Shown here piece after piece: positions 14,691 to 17,494 of a DNA stretch of 17,494 bases. Source of the stretch: Promethearchaeota archaeon (GTDB taxonomy: Archaea > Asgardarchaeota > Thorarchaeia > Thorarchaeales > Thorarchaeaceae). Made by a program: the position numbers and the translations under genes. The stretch spans positions 1 to 17,494 of the forward strand of contig JALVPN010000050.1 in NCBI GenBank assembly GCA_027031765.1, written 5' to 3'. The first letter of the stretch is position 1; the number at the start of each line of letters is the position of its first letter. The notes below the pieces were generated by a model. That model searched no databases and had not been told where the DNA came from. It saw only the letters and a list, made by a program, of their open reading frames with translations.

Positions 14691-17494
14691 GCCCACCCTA
14701 CGGAGTGACTCGATGGCCGCCTCGACCCGTTCACGCAAGTCATCGAGACCGAAACGTGCTGTCAGATCCATGGCTGAGAGGAGCTTGTTCTGGAGCTGTT
14801 CAAACCTCTCCCAGTCGATGTCAGTGGTACTCGCGCCTGCGCTCTGCTTGGTGAACTGTGATGCCTGAGAAACAGTGCCTTCTACTGCCTTCCGAGCCTC
14901 TTCCTCCGACCGCACAAGACCCGGGGGTTCGCTCTCGTTGTCCTCGGTACGTGCCGACTTGAGAATGGCGACCATCTCATGGAGGCGTGTCAGGGCTATC
15001 GCCACGGCATCCATACCATACTCGTCATATAGCTGCCTATCACGGTACGCCAGTGACTCCTGTGTCCCACCCTCCAGTAGTGTGTCGACAAAACCGATTC
15101 CGGCCTGGTCTGCATTGTCCTTCACAGATTTGAGAGCCCTTTGGAGCTCCTGAATCCGGGTGACCAGCGTCAGACTTGCGTCACCACTCCGCCTAATGGT
15201 GCTCCTGAGTGCTTCCAGTGACTGACTGAAGGAGTCGAGCCTGTCGTGGCGCTCCTGAATGGTCTTCTCCACTTCGACAATACGTTCTCGGATCTCGTCG
15301 AATTCACGGTTCAGTAGGCTATCCCCCAGGGGATGAGCGACATCACTCAACATGGAGTATGCTTTCTCAAACTCGGCCTCGACCCGTGCTTTCAGACTGT
15401 CACACTCAGATGACAGCTGGTTCAGTCCCGACTTTGAGCGTGCCGCGCGGGCCCTATTGAGCAGGTCAGTAGCCGTCTGCTCCAAGGAGCCCTTGATTGC
15501 ACGGATGCCATAGGTGGCCAGTGCTCTGCGAAGACGTATCTCCACACCCTTGTACTCCTCTTTGGCTTCGATACAGAGCCGCTCCTTCTCTCGTACGAGC
15601 ACCTCCAGTGCGTCGGTGATGTGACCGGCGGCCCCCTCGTAGTCCCCGTTGCCGGCACATGTGCGGGCCTTCGCCTCCTGCTCTGCAATCCAGTCGAAAA
15701 TGCGCTTCGTTTCACGGGCAATCCGCGCATTGTGGCGCGGATACTTCCATGGGTTGAGCCTCATCTCGCGTTCAATCCACCAACGTCGGAACGACACGAG
15801 CGCGAGCGCCAAGACAACACCGAATGCAACTAGGAGGAAGTATCCATCGACGCACCACGTAGGTCGCATCTTGAGGAAGAGTTCAGCGCCGTCCCAGAAC
15901 GTGTCGCCATCAGTATCTACGGAGTGGGGGTCTGTCCCAAGCTGGTATTCCTGGAGGTTCGACAGCCCATCACCGTCGCTGTCCACTGCCTGGTCTGCAC
16001 TGTTGAGCGGGTCGAGGCCCATAGTCACCTCCCACATGTCCGGCATCCCATCACTATCAGTGTCGTAGCACCGCGGACATGTGCCGTTCAGGTACTCCTG
16101 CAAGTTGTTGAGTCCATCGCGGTCAGGGTCGAAGCCGGAGTCGGTTGCGTCAAGTGGATTGAAGGAGTGGTCCAACTCCCACAGGTCGGACATGCCATCT
16201 CCGTCCGTGTCAGAGATGTGCGGGTCGGTACAGTTCCCGAACTCGTTCAGGTTGATGAGCCCGTCACCGTCCGAGTCCACCAGAGCATCCAACGGGTCAC
16301 ACGGACGTAGGCCATTGGACACCTCCCAGCCGTCGGACATTCCGTCACCATCAGTGTCCGGGGTGACGGGACTCAGCCCGTTGAACACCTCCCAGCCATC
16401 GCGTAGGCCGTCACCATCGGTGTCAGGCAGTGCAGGGTCAGTCCCAAAGACGTACTCGGCATACACGGTCAGCAGGTCACCATCATCATCGTATGACGCG
16501 TCCGTCGAGTCGGTGCTGTTCAGACCATGTGCATGTTCCCAGCCATCGGGCACACCATCATCATCCATGTCAGCATCGCTCGGGTCTGTTGCACACTGGT
16601 ACTCCATCAGGTTCGTCAGACCATCGCCATCAGAGTCGAGTGCGGCGTCGGATGCATCGCCCAGTGAGAGGCCGTACTTTGCCTCCCATCCATCAGGCAG
16701 CCCATCATCATCGGTGTCTGGGTCACGAGGGTCACCACCGTAGAGGTACTCTTCCAGACACACGAGCCCGTCGTCATCGAGGTCAAATAGGGCGTCTGCT
16801 GCATCTGTGACGTTGAGGGTGTTGCTGACCTCCCAACCATCCGGCATGCGGTCCCCGTCCGTGTCTGGCATGTCGGGATTGCCACCGTTCTGATACTCGC
16901 CGAGGTTCGCTAGTCCGTCATTGTCCAAGTCTAGCCCACCATCCGCTGCGTCCACAGGGTCGAGACCGTAGAGGACTTCCCAGCCGTCCGGCATGCCGTC
17001 GTCGTCACAGTCTGGGTCGAACGGGTCGAGCCCTAATACGTACTCCTTGACGTTCCGGAGGCCATCGCAGTCCGGGTCGAGAGGTGCATCAGAGGGGTCC
17101 GTCGCACCGAGCCCGTGAGCCACCTCCCAGCCATCCGGCATGCTGTCGCCATCAGTATCAGCAAGATGGGGGTCTGTGCCCGTACTGTACTCTTCCCAGT
17201 TCGTCAGTCCGTCCTTGTCACCATCAGCCGAGGCATCAGCACTGTCCAACAAGTCAAGAGAATGTGCCGCTTCCCAGCCGTCGGGCATTCCGTCATCGTC
17301 GCTGTCCGGGTCATTCGGGTCTCCTCCCAGGAGGTACTCCTGGACATTGACCAGACCATCAGAGTCTCTGTCCTGCTCTCGGTCCACGGGGCTGAGAGCA
17401 TTCATGCCATTGGACACCTCCCAGCCGTCGGACATTCCGTCACCATCAGTGTCAGCAGCCGTACGGTTCGTACCAAGCTTGTACTCTTCGAGGT
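14685..17494 (-). CDS. Giant single-pass membrane protein, 5'-truncated by the window edge: extracellular DxDxDG repeat array, TM helix, ~365 aa cytoplasmic helical/coiled-coil tail
   Basis: The frame stays open to the window end (LEEYKLGTNRTAADTDGDG-MSDGWE...), so ATG 17435 is internal. At least ten full 49-aa units plus half units, then TM GYFLLVAFGVVLALALVSF followed by RRWW (positive-inside), then a heptad-rich E/K/R tail. Confidence 0.9.
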   Translation of the reverse strand, partial: LEEYKLGTNRTAADTDGDGMSDGWEVSNGMNALSPVDREQDRDSDGLVNVQEYLLGGDPNDPDSDDDGMPDGWEAAHSLDLLDSADASADGDKDGLTNWEEYSTGTDPHLADTDGDSMPDGWEVAHGLGATDPSDAPLDPDCDGLRNVKEYVLGLDPFDPDCDDDGMPDGWEVLYGLDPVDAADGGLDLDNDGLANLGEYQNGGNPDMPDTDGDRMPDGWEVSNTLNVTDAADALFDLDDDGLVCLEEYLYGGDPRDPDTDDDGLPDGWEAKYGLSLGDASDAALDSDGDGLTNLMEYQCATDPSDADMDDDGVPDGWEHAHGLNSTDSTDASYDDDGDLLTVYAEYVFGTDPALPDTDGDGLRDGWEVFNGLSPVTPDTDGDGMSDGWEVSNGLRPCDPLDALVDSDGDGLINLNEFGNCTDPHISDTDGDGMSDLWELDHSFNPLDATDSGFDPDRDGLNNLQEYLNGTCPRCYDTDSDGMPDMWEVTMGLDPLNSADQAVDSDGDGLSNLQEYQLGTDPHSVDTDGDTFWDGAELFLKMRPTWCVDGYFLLVAFGVVLALALVSFRRWWIEREMRLNPWKYPRHNARIARETKRIFDWIAEQEAKARTCAGNGDYEGAAGHITDALEVLVREKERLCIEAKEEYKGVEIRLRRALATYGIRAIKGSLEQTATDLLNRARAARSKSGLNQLSSECDSLKARVEAEFEKAYSMLSDVAHPLGDSLLNREFDEIRERIVEVEKTIQERHDRLDSFSQSLEALRSTIRRSGDASLTLVTRIQELQRALKSVKDNADQAGIGFVDTLLEGGTQESLAYRDRQLYDEYGMDAVAIALTRLHEMVAILKSARTEDNESEPPGLVRSEEEARKAVEGTVSQASQFTKQSAGASTTDIDWERFEQLQNKLLSAMDLTARFGLDDLRERVEAAIESLRRVGE
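16311..16358. repeat. 48-bp exact direct repeat, copy 1
   Basis: GCCATTGGACACCTCCCAGCCGTCGGACATTCCGTCACCATCAGTGTC, identical to 17406-17453. Confidence 0.95.
17406..17453. repeat. 48-bp exact direct repeat, copy 2
   Basis: Identical to 16311-16358; the spacing of 1095 bp equals 365 codons (7 x 49 + 22). Confidence 0.95.

Larger units (their letters stand above)
15858..17494 (-). repeat. Intragenic DxDxDG (TSP3-like) repeat array, 49 aa period, with one 22-aa half unit
   Basis: Consensus DTDxDGMPDGWExxxGLxPxDxxDAxxDxDxDGLxNxxEYxxGTDPxxx. The half unit DTDGDGLRDGWEVFNGLSPVTP lies at 16359-16424. Confidence 0.92.

Noticed and set aside
16311-17453. Diversity-generating retroelement TR/VR pair
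   Set aside because: The two copies are identical, with no adenine-specific mismatches. The flanks differ at all base types, and no reverse transcriptase is present.

Overview
High-GC (about 60%) window whose gene set, GGTGA/GGAG ribosome-binding sites and codon habits suggest an archaeon, most likely Asgard (Thorarchaeota-like); this taxonomy is inference. From left to right it holds: a LolD/MacB-type ABC ATPase plus a large two-lobed FtsX/MacB permease; a small divergent protein resembling the TY-Chap/YbjN chaperone fold; a translationally coupled three-gene operon (DHH phosphoesterase plus two proteins that each appear to end in a divergent CARF-like Rossmann domain); a secreted beta-propeller protein with DxDxDG Ca-binding repeats and a C-terminal membrane anchor; a standalone alpha-solenoid protein; a small 2-TM membrane protein; and a window-truncated giant DxDxDG-repeat membrane protein with a long cytoplasmic helical tail. 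The best candidate for an undescribed system is the DHH + 2x CARF-like operon (5271-8583), which has no cyclase, cas gene cluster or CRISPR array in the window. The first ~240 bp look foreign: they code on the minus strand and are GATC-rich, suggesting a chimeric junction. I found no tRNA, rRNA, CRISPR array or transposase. All family calls come from motif reading, not database searches.
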